Shown: positions 35,660 to 45,494, numbered from the stretch's first letter. The stretch: DNA of 64,000 nt from Acutalibacteraceae bacterium (GCA_045651865.1 JAZRTC010000021.1:2065-66064), one strand, 5' to 3'. Notes: generated from the letters alone by a model not told the origin. Numbers and translations are program-made.

Positions 35660-37228
35660 ATGAAAGAGAAAAATATATTTATATCATATAAAAATGATGG
35701 TGAAGGTAGTAATTTTGCCGCAAGAATATGTTCGGATTTAGAGAGAATGGGACATAATGTGTATTTTAATCCTAATGAGCAACGCGCAGGGAATTTTCCT
35801 GATAGATTAAAAAATGCGGTTGAAGCATGTAAGGATTTCTTGTTAATAGTAACCCAATCATGCCTCGACCAGTTAATCAAGCATGATAAAATTGATTGGG
35901 TAAGAGAGGAATTACTTACTGCATATAGAAACGACAAAAATATAATTCCTCTTCTTATGCCAGGAGTTTCTATGCCTAAGGATAAGGAAGATATGCCTGA
36001 AGATTTAAGGTTTTTGCCGGATACGGATGCAGTAAGCATATTTGAACCATATGACAAGTCTCCATTTGAAGTTATTCTAAAATGGATGAAATCTATTCCT
36101 TCTAATGGTGAATTGTATAGAACGACATACCAAAGTAACCCTGATTATAGTATCGAAAAAGATTTTGAAGATGCGCAAAAACGGGCCAAAAGTGGAGATT
36201 ACGAAGCGATGTATGAGATTGCCACTTTTTATATGTATGGATTTGGAGCACCTAGAGCAAGTGAAGCAAGTTTTTGGTATCGTGAAATAGTGAAGTGTGA
36301 TAATGTGCAATTAAGATCATTAGCATTAAACCGTTTGGCAGGAATGTATTTTTCGGGGGAGCTTCCTGGAGAATCCCAATCGTTTGAAAAAGCTTTTGAA
36401 TTGAGGGAAGAAGCGGCAAAATATGATAAAAGTGCAGCAATGTTAAATGCGGCAATGAGGCGTATTGGATCAGGATGCAAGTTTGATTATCAATCGATAG
36501 ATCAGGGCTTTAAATCTCTAACTGTTGCGGATAGTATTGCGATAAAAGAGCAGGCGGAATTCTATGTAGCTTATGGAAAATTTCAAGATGCAATTGATTT
36601 ATTGAAAAAAATACAGGGAAAGATGCCTGCTGCAGCGTATCAGCTAGGAATGTTATATAAATTAGGTGTTCAAACACAGCCGCCAATGCCGGATTGTTAT
36701 AGGGCGGAAAGTTGCTTTCGGCGAGCGGTCAACAAGGGACATGTATTGGCTGCATATGAATTAGGAATGCTTTACTACAATCCTCCGCTGGGTGATTTTG
36801 AAAAGGATTTTGAACAAGCTGTGCAGTATTTTAAAATTGCTGCAGATGCGGGAATTCCTGAAGCACAATATAAACTTGGTTGGATGTATCGATTTGGACT
36901 TGGATGTGAAATCAATTATGAAAAAAGTATAAAATACGAACTGATGGCAGCCAATCAAGGTCATATAGGTGGTTATGGACAGCTTGCATATTTGTATCAA
37001 ATTGAAGGGTTTATCAATTATCAAAAAGCATTTAAATACGCAAAATCAGCAGCAGATGCTGGTCATGCGCACGGAGCCTTTCTATGTGGGAATTTTTTGT
37101 TTTTTGGAAGAGGATGTGAAGCGAATGAAACTGAAGCATTACGGTATTATCATTACGCGTATCAACACGGTTCTTATGAAGCAAAAATTATGATAGATAA
37201 GATCGAACGGAGGCGAAATAATGGGTAA
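35660..37228 (+). CDS. TIR domain - Sel1-like repeat protein (paralogue 1)
   Basis: GGAGTGGAGG RBS. N-terminal TIR (IFISYKNDGEG...DFLLIVTQ...IDWVREELLTAY). The C-terminal roughly 350 aa are Sel1 repeats (AVQYFKIAADAGIPEAQYKLGWMYRFGLGCEINYEKSIKY...). Confidence 0.8.
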   Translation: MKEKNIFISYKNDGEGSNFAARICSDLERMGHNVYFNPNEQRAGNFPDRLKNAVEACKDFLLIVTQSCLDQLIKHDKIDWVREELLTAYRNDKNIIPLLMPGVSMPKDKEDMPEDLRFLPDTDAVSIFEPYDKSPFEVILKWMKSIPSNGELYRTTYQSNPDYSIEKDFEDAQKRAKSGDYEAMYEIATFYMYGFGAPRASEASFWYREIVKCDNVQLRSLALNRLAGMYFSGELPGESQSFEKAFELREEAAKYDKSAAMLNAAMRRIGSGCKFDYQSIDQGFKSLTVADSIAIKEQAEFYVAYGKFQDAIDLLKKIQGKMPAAAYQLGMLYKLGVQTQPPMPDCYRAESCFRRAVNKGHVLAAYELGMLYYNPPLGDFEKDFEQAVQYFKIAADAGIPEAQYKLGWMYRFGLGCEINYEKSIKYELMAANQGHIGGYGQLAYLYQIEGFINYQKAFKYAKSAADAGHAHGAFLCGNFLFFGRGCEANETEALRYYHYAYQHGSYEAKIMIDKIERRRNNG

Positions 37229-38834
37229 GGATATTTTTATATCATATAAAAACGACGGTGAAGGAAACAACTTCGCTGCAAGAATATGTTCTGATTTAGA
37301 AAAGCTGGGATACGAAGTATATTACAATCCGAATGAACAGCATGCAGGTAGTTTCCCCGAAAGATTAAAAAATGCAGTGGAATCCTGCAAAGATTTTTTG
37401 CTAATTGTCACACAGCCTTGTCTTGAACAGCTAATGAGACATGACAAAATCGATTGGGTTAGAGAAGAACTACTTACAGCATATAGAAGTAAAAAAAACA
37501 TAATACCTCTTATTATGCCAGGAGTTTCTATACCTAAAGACAAAGATGATATGCCTGAAGATCTAAGTTTCTTACCAGACAAAGACGCTGTATGTGTATT
37601 TGAACCTTATGATAAATCTCCGTTTGAGAATATATTAAGTTGGATGAAGTCATTACCGGTTAACATGGAAAAATACAAAGATATTTTTCAGAGTAACAGC
37701 GACTATGATGTCAACGATGATTTTGCCACCACATTAAAGCGTGCTGAGTCTGGTGATGAAAAGGCTATGTATGAAATCGCCAATATGTATTTCTATGGAT
37801 ATACCAATGGAGACGGACAATCCAAAAGAGATTTTTCAAAAGCATATTCGTGGTTTACAAGATTATCTAATAGTGATAGTCCTTATGGCGTTTTTGCTAC
37901 CTCTATGTTAGGAAAAATGCACTATCGTGGTGTTGTTCCAAAAGAGAAGCAATCCTTTGTAAAATCATTTGAGTGTCACAAGAAAGCGGCACAAGGTGGT
38001 AGTGAATATTCAAAACAACAGTATGCATTTATGTTGTCAATGGGTATGGGCTGTGACTTTGATTATGATGCCGCAGAGCAACAGTACCTATCTGCAATGG
38101 AACACGGTGATAATGTTTCAATAAGTGGACTGGCGAAGTTCTACATTCAGTATGGCGAATTCAAAAAAGCAGAAAATTTATATAAAAACATTGTTGATAC
38201 ATACCCTATGGCAGCCTATGAATTAGGGTGTCTATATATGAAGGGATTATTGAGCGAAGATAAGAAACCCGATTGTTTTAAGGCGGCTTTCTATTTTCAA
38301 CACGCAATTAACACAGGCAAAGGTGATATGGATGCGCGTTATCAATTGGGTCTTCTGTATTTCAGAGGTACCAACGGTTTTATAAATGATTATAAAATTG
38401 CACAAGAAAACTTTGAGATTGCAGCAGATAGCGGTCATGTTGCCTCGGCGTACATGATTGGTTATATGTATGAACACGGACATGTTGAGTTGAATTTGGA
38501 GAAAGCTATACATTATCATGCGTTGGCGGCGGATCATGGTCATGTGTTGTCACCAACTCATTTAGCAATTCTCTATCAGTTGCCTGAACATCAAAACTAT
38601 CATAAGGCGATAAGGTATGCAAAACTTGCTGCGAGCTATGGCGAAAAAGAGGGTGAATTTGTATACGGTAATCTTCTTTTCTTTGGCAGAGGATGCAAAC
38701 CGGATAATAACGAAGCTTATAAAATGTACAAGCGCGCTCTTGAACACGGGTGTGATCAAGCCGCATTTATGATTGAGCGAATTGAATCAAGACAATTGGC
38801 CGATGATATGGGAAATCACAAAATTGGTTATTGA
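37221..38834 (+). CDS. TIR domain - Sel1-like repeat protein (paralogue 2)
   Basis: Overlaps paralogue 1 by 8 nt. Its TIR region is about three-quarters identical to paralogue 1 by eye, and it has Sel1 repeats (AIHYHALAADHGHVLSPTHLAILY...). Confidence 0.8.
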   Translation: MGKDIFISYKNDGEGNNFAARICSDLEKLGYEVYYNPNEQHAGSFPERLKNAVESCKDFLLIVTQPCLEQLMRHDKIDWVREELLTAYRSKKNIIPLIMPGVSIPKDKDDMPEDLSFLPDKDAVCVFEPYDKSPFENILSWMKSLPVNMEKYKDIFQSNSDYDVNDDFATTLKRAESGDEKAMYEIANMYFYGYTNGDGQSKRDFSKAYSWFTRLSNSDSPYGVFATSMLGKMHYRGVVPKEKQSFVKSFECHKKAAQGGSEYSKQQYAFMLSMGMGCDFDYDAAEQQYLSAMEHGDNVSISGLAKFYIQYGEFKKAENLYKNIVDTYPMAAYELGCLYMKGLLSEDKKPDCFKAAFYFQHAINTGKGDMDARYQLGLLYFRGTNGFINDYKIAQENFEIAADSGHVASAYMIGYMYEHGHVELNLEKAIHYHALAADHGHVLSPTHLAILYQLPEHQNYHKAIRYAKLAASYGEKEGEFVYGNLLFFGRGCKPDNNEAYKMYKRALEHGCDQAAFMIERIESRQLADDMGNHKIGY

Positions 38835-39270
38835 TTTGTCATCCCCCCTTTTGTTATTCTTCGCAAAACCAAGATGTTGTGGATATGCTTGTTACCATTG
38901 CAATTAGCAATGGTATTAATTGTTGGATCGCATCATCGAGCATTGAAGCCGGTTCATATGCAAAACAAATTGTTCAAGGTGTTAAAGAAGCTCGTGCTTT
39001 TGTCGTGATTGTAAGCGAAAGCTCAATTTTATCTCCATACATAAAAACGAACTTGATATTGCTACGAGCAGAATCAAGGTCGGTTTGATAATTATGCCAT
39101 TCAAGATAGACGGCGCTGAACTCGATGATGAGTGCAGATACTATTTGGGCAGACAAGAATTCTTCATGGGTGAAAAGCCTCCTATTGATGAGCGAATTGC
39201 GCAGTTTGTCAATAGTATAAAAAAGTTTTGGAGTATTAGACAAAATAAGGACCACAATGAAAGGAGTTAG
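38831..39270 (+). pseudogene. TIR-only gene interrupted by a 1-nt frameshift in an A5 tract
   Basis: Track ORFs 38831..39088 and 39085..39270 join into one TIR (FCYSSQNQDVVDMLV..NGINCWIA...FVVIVSESSILSPYIK|NELDIATS..IIMPFKIDGAELDDE) if the A-run at 39043-39047 were A6. Confidence 0.7.
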
Positions 39271-39273
39271 TTT

Positions 39274-40437
39274 ATGAGTAATGATAATCAGGAACTACTC
39301 GAACTTTTTAAAAAATACCGCACTGGCGAAATATCTGAAAAAGATTTAACAGAAGAACAGTGCTTGCTTATCGGACAGATGTACGATAAACAGATACGCG
39401 AATTGAAAGCGAGTAATCGAAGCCGTCATTCTGCCGTTGAAGCCTGGGTTGAAACGCAAAGTGAAAACGATGAAACATTAATTGAAATCAAAAATATGTT
39501 GTCATCACTCGCCAAAACAACAGCAGGAAAAACTATAGATAAGTTCTATTTGAAGGAAAACAAGGCGGGTGTAGGTCTTGATTTGTATGATGGTGTAAAT
39601 TATCTCGCGACATATTTATCTTATGAGGACTGCATATGCGACATGGCGTTTCACTGGTCAATTGTTGATTTTGATACGATAGTTAATATGTTTATGCGTA
39701 AAAATATTTCAGTACAGCCGCCATACAAATACAGAGCAGTTGTTTCGGAGTTGTATTGTATAACAGAATCGGTACATAGATATGTGTTTTATGGGAACTC
39801 TTTGACTGCACTCTTAGAAAGAATAGAAACTGTAGAAAAAAGAAGCATTTCGTTTCCCGATAAGTTTATTTTTGGCGTACAAGGGGTTGCCATTTATTTA
39901 TTTGATGAAAATGAGTTAAAATACCAGTTTTGGCTCGGCGGAAGTGCGTTTCATAGCATAGCAGATGTAATAAAGGCAGCTCATGATAAAAATAAGTTTA
40001 TACCCAATGCAATTTTGCAAGAGTTTTCGGAGCTAAATAATGTAGATGTTTTTATTTCTCATAAAAGTCAAGATTTCTTACAAGCGAAAAAAGTGTACGA
40101 TCATTTGATTTCTCAAGGAATAGCAACATTTCTTTCTGAAATGTCCTTGCCGGCTATATCAAATGCTGATTATTCTGCCGAGATCGATAAAGCATTAGAT
40201 GCAACAAAAAACATAATTATCATTGCGACAAATCGAGAAAATGTTCTTTCTGGGTGGGTTCAATATGAGTGGACAGCTTTTGCCAACGAAAAACGCTCTG
40301 GAAGAAAGGACGGCAATATAATTACGCTCATTGATGAAAACATGCCTATTACAGAATTGCCAATTTTGTTAAGGCAATTCGAAGTAATACCAATGAATGA
40401 GTTTGAATCTGTCAAAAAATTTTTAAAATTATCCTAA
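39274..40437 (+). CDS. Unknown N-terminal domain fused to a C-terminal TIR domain
   Basis: AAAGGAG RBS. C-terminal TIR (VDVFISHKSQDF...NIIIIATNRENVLSGWVQYEWTAF). The N-terminal roughly 255 aa have no motif I recognise. Confidence 0.75.
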   Translation: MSNDNQELLELFKKYRTGEISEKDLTEEQCLLIGQMYDKQIRELKASNRSRHSAVEAWVETQSENDETLIEIKNMLSSLAKTTAGKTIDKFYLKENKAGVGLDLYDGVNYLATYLSYEDCICDMAFHWSIVDFDTIVNMFMRKNISVQPPYKYRAVVSELYCITESVHRYVFYGNSLTALLERIETVEKRSISFPDKFIFGVQGVAIYLFDENELKYQFWLGGSAFHSIADVIKAAHDKNKFIPNAILQEFSELNNVDVFISHKSQDFLQAKKVYDHLISQGIATFLSEMSLPAISNADYSAEIDKALDATKNIIIIATNRENVLSGWVQYEWTAFANEKRSGRKDGNIITLIDENMPITELPILLRQFEVIPMNEFESVKKFLKLS

Positions 40438-40451
40438 TAAGAACTACACTC

Positions 40452-40487
40452 AAAAAGATCAGACTGATTGCAGTCTGGTCTTTTTTT
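40452..40487 (+). terminator. Rho-independent terminator ending the TIR operon
   Basis: Stem GATCAGACTG / CAGTCTGGTC (one G-U pair) followed by T7. Confidence 0.8.
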
Positions 40488-40650
40488 GTTCCCCCCTTCG
40501 TTTTTCAAATTTTAAATGAAATATAATGTCATTGTCAGAAACACAAGGAAAAACACAAAACACCACCCCCTACAAATGTGGAATTTGATATGTGCTAATA
40601 TGTTCCTGTAAGCTAAAAAGAAAATTCGAAATTCAAAGGAGAATACAGAA

Positions 40651-40947
40651 ATGAAAAACAGAGTAATTGTAACGAAGGCAGTCAAAGAAGTAAAGGAAAA
40701 CGATAGACTTGTTCAGAAGGAGTTCCTTGAATTTCATCTGAAAAATAAAGAAGGAACCTTTTGGCTATTTACGCAGCCGTTTTCAAAAGGCGTATACGAG
40801 TGGTTTAAGGATGGTCGTGCAGAGGGCGAAATTTTAAGTTTTGCGAAGTGGGATCGCAACAAGCGTCTTAACGATACGATTAACCGTATTCCTCGTGAAA
40901 TCCGCTATGTACAGAAGTATGTTATGGAGGTGGAACGTGCGGCTTAA
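40651..40947 (+). CDS. Hypothetical protein (98 aa)
   Basis: AAAGGAG RBS and no recognisable motif. Confidence 0.55.
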   Translation: MKNRVIVTKAVKEVKENDRLVQKEFLEFHLKNKEGTFWLFTQPFSKGVYEWFKDGRAEGEILSFAKWDRNKRLNDTINRIPREIRYVQKYVMEVERAA

Positions 40948-41108
40948 TTGGAATGGCCACCCCCTGACTCTCTACAAATAAATATGGGCTTATAATAGAA
41001 GACACAGTAGTGAAAGGAGTACACTTCTATGAACCAAACACGTGATAAGCCTACCCACAAAAAGTAAAAAATTTATTTATCAATCAAAGAAATAAGGAGT
41101 AAATCATC

Positions 41109-41573
41109 ATGGCAAAAAGCAAAATTTTTATTAAAGTAATGTCTCTCGTCCTTGTCATCGTGACGATGTTTAGCATCACTGCTGTTTCGGCATCGGCTGC
41201 AACTTGGCGAACGGGCAACATCCCTTCGAACAATAGAGATACCGGCTACACTACGGTACGGCTAGACAGCACGAAAAAGGACGCTAAAATCAAGATTCAC
41301 ACCTATTACATTAATCCTTTGACACGCAAATCCAAAGAAGGTAACTCGCGTTTGTATGTAACAATGCGAGATACTAGAGGTCGTTGGATTTGGGGTGGAA
41401 ATATTGATACCGGTAGTAGAGGAAAAACTATGACTCTAGGCAGAGATCATTCGGCCTATCGAATTTATCTTAGAGAAGTTCAGTGTCCTGGCATCTGGTA
41501 TTACAGAACGTTTAACACATATCACTATCCTGACTATTGGGGTATTGAATGCACAAAGAATTGTCACATCTAA
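41109..41573 (+). CDS. Small secreted protein, unknown function
   Basis: AAGGAG RBS and a signal peptide (VMSLVLVIVTMFSITAVSASA). Confidence 0.6.
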   Translation: MAKSKIFIKVMSLVLVIVTMFSITAVSASAATWRTGNIPSNNRDTGYTTVRLDSTKKDAKIKIHTYYINPLTRKSKEGNSRLYVTMRDTRGRWIWGGNIDTGSRGKTMTLGRDHSAYRIYLREVQCPGIWYYRTFNTYHYPDYWGIECTKNCHI

Positions 41574-41621
41574 ATTAATGTGGCGGGACAGATATTCTGT
41601 CCCGCCAGAAAGGAATACATT

Positions 41622-42362
41622 ATGAAACGAATAGGAGCTTTAATATTACTATGTTGCATATTGGTGTGTGGTGTTTGCGGATGCACTAACTCTGAAGCGA
41701 ACAAGACCGCACTTGATTATGTTGATCTTTGCGATTATAAGTCCTTAGAAGTTCCCGCAGATGAATACATGGTATCAGATACAGATCTTTCTACTGCAAT
41801 TCAAATGCACATGAGTTCTTTGAATATTGAAGCTTCTGAACTTTCTGACAGCATTGCAGTTGAATATTTCAACTGTAAAAATGCAAACGATGTCAGAGAA
41901 ATGATTAAAAAAGAAATCATTGAAAATCGCTTTTATGAAGCAGCGCGTGATATGATTCTTGAATCCTCTTTAATTATCGGCTTTCCGGAAGAAAGTAAAA
42001 CATATGTAAACAATATGGTTTCTGCGCAAAAGGCATTCGCTGAAGCCGAAGGGATTAGTTTAAGTGAATATCTTGATAGTTATTACGAAATGACTGAGGA
42101 AGAATTCCGAGAAGCTGCTCTTTGTGGATACGGCGACATAATGATTCTCAAAGCAATCGCTGAAAAAGAAAAATACGAAATCAACTCAGAAGAGCGCCGT
42201 TCTCTAATTGAATCGACTGCAGAGCATATAGGAATGTCTACGGAGGAAACTCTTAACATATATGGCGAAGAGTATTTTGATTGTCTTTTATATGAAGAAT
42301 TTTTGAAAGAACTAATTCTTGACATTTATTCTGATGAAGTTCTCGCAAAAGTCAAAAGTTGA
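41622..42362 (+). CDS. Lipoprotein with trigger-factor C-terminal/SurA-like chaperone region
   Basis: Start at M15 and a lipobox (VCGC). The helical region resembles the trigger-factor C-domain (EIIENRFYEAARDMILES...ILKAIAEKEKYEI). Confidence 0.5.
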   Translation: MKRIGALILLCCILVCGVCGCTNSEANKTALDYVDLCDYKSLEVPADEYMVSDTDLSTAIQMHMSSLNIEASELSDSIAVEYFNCKNANDVREMIKKEIIENRFYEAARDMILESSLIIGFPEESKTYVNNMVSAQKAFAEAEGISLSEYLDSYYEMTEEEFREAALCGYGDIMILKAIAEKEKYEINSEERRSLIESTAEHIGMSTEETLNIYGEEYFDCLLYEEFLKELILDIYSDEVLAKVKS

Positions 42363-42507
42363 GAGTAATATTTAATTTGAAATTGTGATACATGATTTAT
42401 AAAGAGGCCATCTTAGCACAATGCATTAGCACAATGCTTAGATGACCTCTTTTTTATACTTATAATGTCGTTATATCGCACTTTTTTGTGCAATGCCGCA
42501 ATTAATA

Positions 42508-42536
42508 TTGTTTTTTCGACATGACTGTGGTATAAT
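42508..42536 (+). promoter_or_regulatory. Sigma-70-type promoter of the HTH/kinase-nuclease locus
   Basis: TTGTTT, 17-nt spacer, TGgTATAAT (extended -10). Confidence 0.5.
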
Positions 42537-42548
42537 ACATCTTGTCAA

Positions 42549-42567
42549 ATAATAATTACATTATTAT
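42549..42567. promoter_or_regulatory. Candidate operator palindrome
   Basis: Perfect palindrome ATAATAAT-tac-ATTATTAT between the -10 and the RBS of the HTH gene. Confidence 0.45.
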
Positions 42568-42586
42568 ACAGAAAGGAAACATATTT

Positions 42587-42802
42587 ATGGCTGTATCTTA
42601 CAACAAATTATGGCACCTGCTACTTGACAAAAAAATGAAGAAGAAAGATTTCCAAGAAGCAGCAAAGTTAACGCAACATGCTATGAGAAAACTGAGCAAA
42701 GATGAAGCTGTAACTACTGATACACTTGCGAAAATATGCAGGTATCTAGATTGCTCGGTTGACGATATTATGGAAGTGTTACCAGAGGAAAAAGAAAAAT
42801 AA
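42587..42802 (+). CDS. XRE/Cro-type HTH transcriptional regulator (71 aa)
   Basis: Start at M16 after GAAAGGAAAC. MAVSYNKLWHLLLDKKMKKKDFQEAAKLTQHAMRKLSKDEAVTTDTLAKICRYLDCSVDDIMEV. Confidence 0.75.
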   Translation: MAVSYNKLWHLLLDKKMKKKDFQEAAKLTQHAMRKLSKDEAVTTDTLAKICRYLDCSVDDIMEVLPEEKEK

Positions 42803-42837
42803 GCAATTAAATCACCAAAAGAAAAGAGGTAATAAAA

Positions 42838-45408
42838 ATGGGTGGAATTACACAAGCCATTAAAATAGCGAAAAGAGATTTCAGCAAAAAACTATATTTT
42901 AAAGAAGATATAGAAAAATTGATTTTTGACCTAGAAAATTGCATTAAAGACAAAAAAACAGATACTGAACAAACTGTGAGAATGAAAATCCTCAGAATGT
43001 TTGCTTCTTATGGCATTGAACTCGAAAAGAACTTAACTCCAGAACAATATCGCGAGCAATTGGAGCTGCATTACATTCAACCTATAAAAAATTTTCCTGA
43101 AATGTGTTGGAACGAAATGATGAAGTTCAACTTGGCGTACAAGACACCTAAGGAATACATGGAACGACTTGTTAATGAATTGGTATCTCCAGAATACAAT
43201 TTGCCTGATTCTCCAATTCGTTTAAAAATTCTTAAGCAAATTCTCGGTAAATTAGACTGTTTAAGAGGTACGAGTTTTCAAAGCAAAAAGTTAATCAATA
43301 TTATCGAAAATGATTACGATGGTATTGTTAGCAATATTGGCGATGAAATATTTAAAAATTATTTGACACCAATTCAGCCTAGCAAATATTTACGAGTGTT
43401 GCTTGATGTGTATGGTAACATTCTTTACCGCAATGACGAAAAAGATGATGATTTAACATTACTAGTTTCCAAGCATAATAATTCAGTTAAAGAGCAAACC
43501 GCAAGACAATTATTGCAAATTATCCATCCTAATAACCCACAAGCAAAAATAGACACTAATGGTAAAGCGATTGGATCTTTTAGCATAGAAGATTTTGATA
43601 GATCTTTGGTTGAACAAATTAAAAGTTACTTAGATGGAGTTAGAATCGCCTTTAAGGAAAAATATGATGAAGAACTGAAAAACATCGAACTTCTTGAGCA
43701 AGAAAAACATATCCGGCAGTTTCCAATAGTGATGCAATTTGTTGTCGAACACAAGTTATGTGAACATCTCAAGACAAAACGATTTGTTGCTCTTGTGAAA
43801 TCACATATGGGAATCGATGTAGATGAAGATAATGTGGATTGTAGTTTGATAGAAAGTATAATGAATTACTCGCTTTCCGCAGACTCAAAAGAAAAATTCA
43901 ATAATTATTTAATCAAACAAATCGCAAAGCTATTTGAAAAGGCAGACGATAAATCGAAAGAAGAATATAGTTCATTTGTATCAGCATTAAAAGAAATCGA
44001 AATTAGTTGTAATCGAGTTCAGTACAAAGCGATAGAGTTCTTTATTCAAAAAAAGGGTCTGCATGAGCAATTACTAACGAGTGAAATTAAAGACATAGTA
44101 GAGAGTCAACTAGAAAAAAAGCAAGAGGTTGAACTTTCGAATCATGAATTGATGGATCATCTGGCATTGGTAGCAAATGAGAATCCTGATGTTTTGAAAA
44201 AAGTTATCCCATTGTTAATTAAAAGAATAAAAGAGTTTAGGACGGAAACAAATCAAAGTTTTGCTAAAGGTTTAGATAATGTAAGCGATAGAGCGTCTAT
44301 CCCAGAGATCTTGAAAATTTCAAATGATTTAGCCGAAGGTAAATATAAGAGAGGTTCTGAAATGAAAGAAATCTTATATTTGTTTGCGTTCGCCTTTGAT
44401 ATGTCTATAAGCTTTGAAAATAATGAGACAAATACTTTAAGAGATGTCAAAAAAAATCTGTTCGAAGATTTTTATTGCGACAATATAATTCGTTATATCA
44501 ACGATTACCAGTTGAATGGTGTTTATGAAGAGCCATCAGGTATAACGATACAGTTTAAGAATTTTGTAGAAATTATTTATTTGTATTGGTTAAATAAAGA
44601 CAGCAGAACATATTCTCCAGCAGAAAAATATCTTTCTGCGAATGCAATGATCAAGAAAATAGTTTCTAAGATTAAATCTGCCGAGAAGGAAATAGACAAA
44701 TCAACTTCCCAATTAGGGAAAAAATATTTTGAAGCAAAAATGCTTACTGATAAAAAAGCCTTAGGTACCGAAGTCTATAGAAACTTTATAAGAACAGATA
44801 GTCAGGACGACGGCAATAAGCATTTGAAAATTGACAACTACTTGGGGCTATCAGAAGAAGAGTTTTTAGAAATTATTCTTCAGAACTATGATATTGATAC
44901 GACAATAAAATATACAACATCTGCTGCATTTGAAAATGAAAACTATCAAGAATCCGCTGAGTCTAATTTTGGGAAGTTGATAGATGAACTCAAAATGGAA
45001 ACAGATGGCACTGGATTTATTCCAAATTGTTATTCATTAGAGTTTTATGAAACTGTTTTTGATGAACTATTTGCCAAGAAAGAATATGACGTCAAATTAC
45101 ACACCCAACTTTCTACTTTGGTAAAAAAACTTAATGAACAAATGAAGCAGGTTTTAAGTGAGGCAGAGGTTGAAGGTTATAATCTCTTTACTCGAACAAG
45201 ATTTATGTACTTGTTTTATAATCACTTTGTACTGAGTCGTATCGGCGAGAAATACAACGAGACTTTTGATGATTTTTATGATGAGTATTGTGAGTCATTA
45301 AATAGGAAATTAGAAGATTGCTCATATCAACTTTTTTCTGAGAAGAACCTTATCGATATGATGTTGCTTTACTCTGCATTTATAACATTAAGGACAGAAG
45401 ACAATTAA
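42838..45408 (+). CDS. Large (856 aa) K/E-rich helical protein, no recognisable domain
   Basis: AAAGAGGT RBS and an uninterrupted ORF. I found no P-loop, nuclease or TM motif. Confidence 0.7.
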   Translation: MGGITQAIKIAKRDFSKKLYFKEDIEKLIFDLENCIKDKKTDTEQTVRMKILRMFASYGIELEKNLTPEQYREQLELHYIQPIKNFPEMCWNEMMKFNLAYKTPKEYMERLVNELVSPEYNLPDSPIRLKILKQILGKLDCLRGTSFQSKKLINIIENDYDGIVSNIGDEIFKNYLTPIQPSKYLRVLLDVYGNILYRNDEKDDDLTLLVSKHNNSVKEQTARQLLQIIHPNNPQAKIDTNGKAIGSFSIEDFDRSLVEQIKSYLDGVRIAFKEKYDEELKNIELLEQEKHIRQFPIVMQFVVEHKLCEHLKTKRFVALVKSHMGIDVDEDNVDCSLIESIMNYSLSADSKEKFNNYLIKQIAKLFEKADDKSKEEYSSFVSALKEIEISCNRVQYKAIEFFIQKKGLHEQLLTSEIKDIVESQLEKKQEVELSNHELMDHLALVANENPDVLKKVIPLLIKRIKEFRTETNQSFAKGLDNVSDRASIPEILKISNDLAEGKYKRGSEMKEILYLFAFAFDMSISFENNETNTLRDVKKNLFEDFYCDNIIRYINDYQLNGVYEEPSGITIQFKNFVEIIYLYWLNKDSRTYSPAEKYLSANAMIKKIVSKIKSAEKEIDKSTSQLGKKYFEAKMLTDKKALGTEVYRNFIRTDSQDDGNKHLKIDNYLGLSEEEFLEIILQNYDIDTTIKYTTSAAFENENYQESAESNFGKLIDELKMETDGTGFIPNCYSLEFYETVFDELFAKKEYDVKLHTQLSTLVKKLNEQMKQVLSEAEVEGYNLFTRTRFMYLFYNHFVLSRIGEKYNETFDDFYDEYCESLNRKLEDCSYQLFSEKNLIDMMLLYSAFITLRTEDN

Positions 45409-45415
45409 CCCCCCT

Positions 45416-45459
45416 CTTGTTTGCATTTTTATAAATGATATTATTGTTATGCAAACAAG
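45416..45459 (+). other. Intergenic hairpin between the 856-aa and 1401-aa genes
   Basis: 11-bp perfect stem CTTGTTTGCAT / ATGCAAACAAG with a 22-nt AT loop. It follows a C6 tract and has no T-run. Confidence 0.5.
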
Positions 45460-45494
45460 AACTGTCGTAAAAATGAAAGGAGAATTATTCAACG

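Noticed and set aside
35512-36057. 181-aa minus-strand ORF, and a similar one at 37322-37582.
   Set aside because: Both are antisense to the conserved TIR domains of the two TIR-SLR genes. The sense frames carry clear motifs and RBSs.
35660-40437. Calling the TIR operon a canonical Thoeris system.
   Set aside because: No ThsA-like SIR2, Macro or SLOG gene is visible in or next to the operon. It is reported instead as an unclassified TIR cluster.
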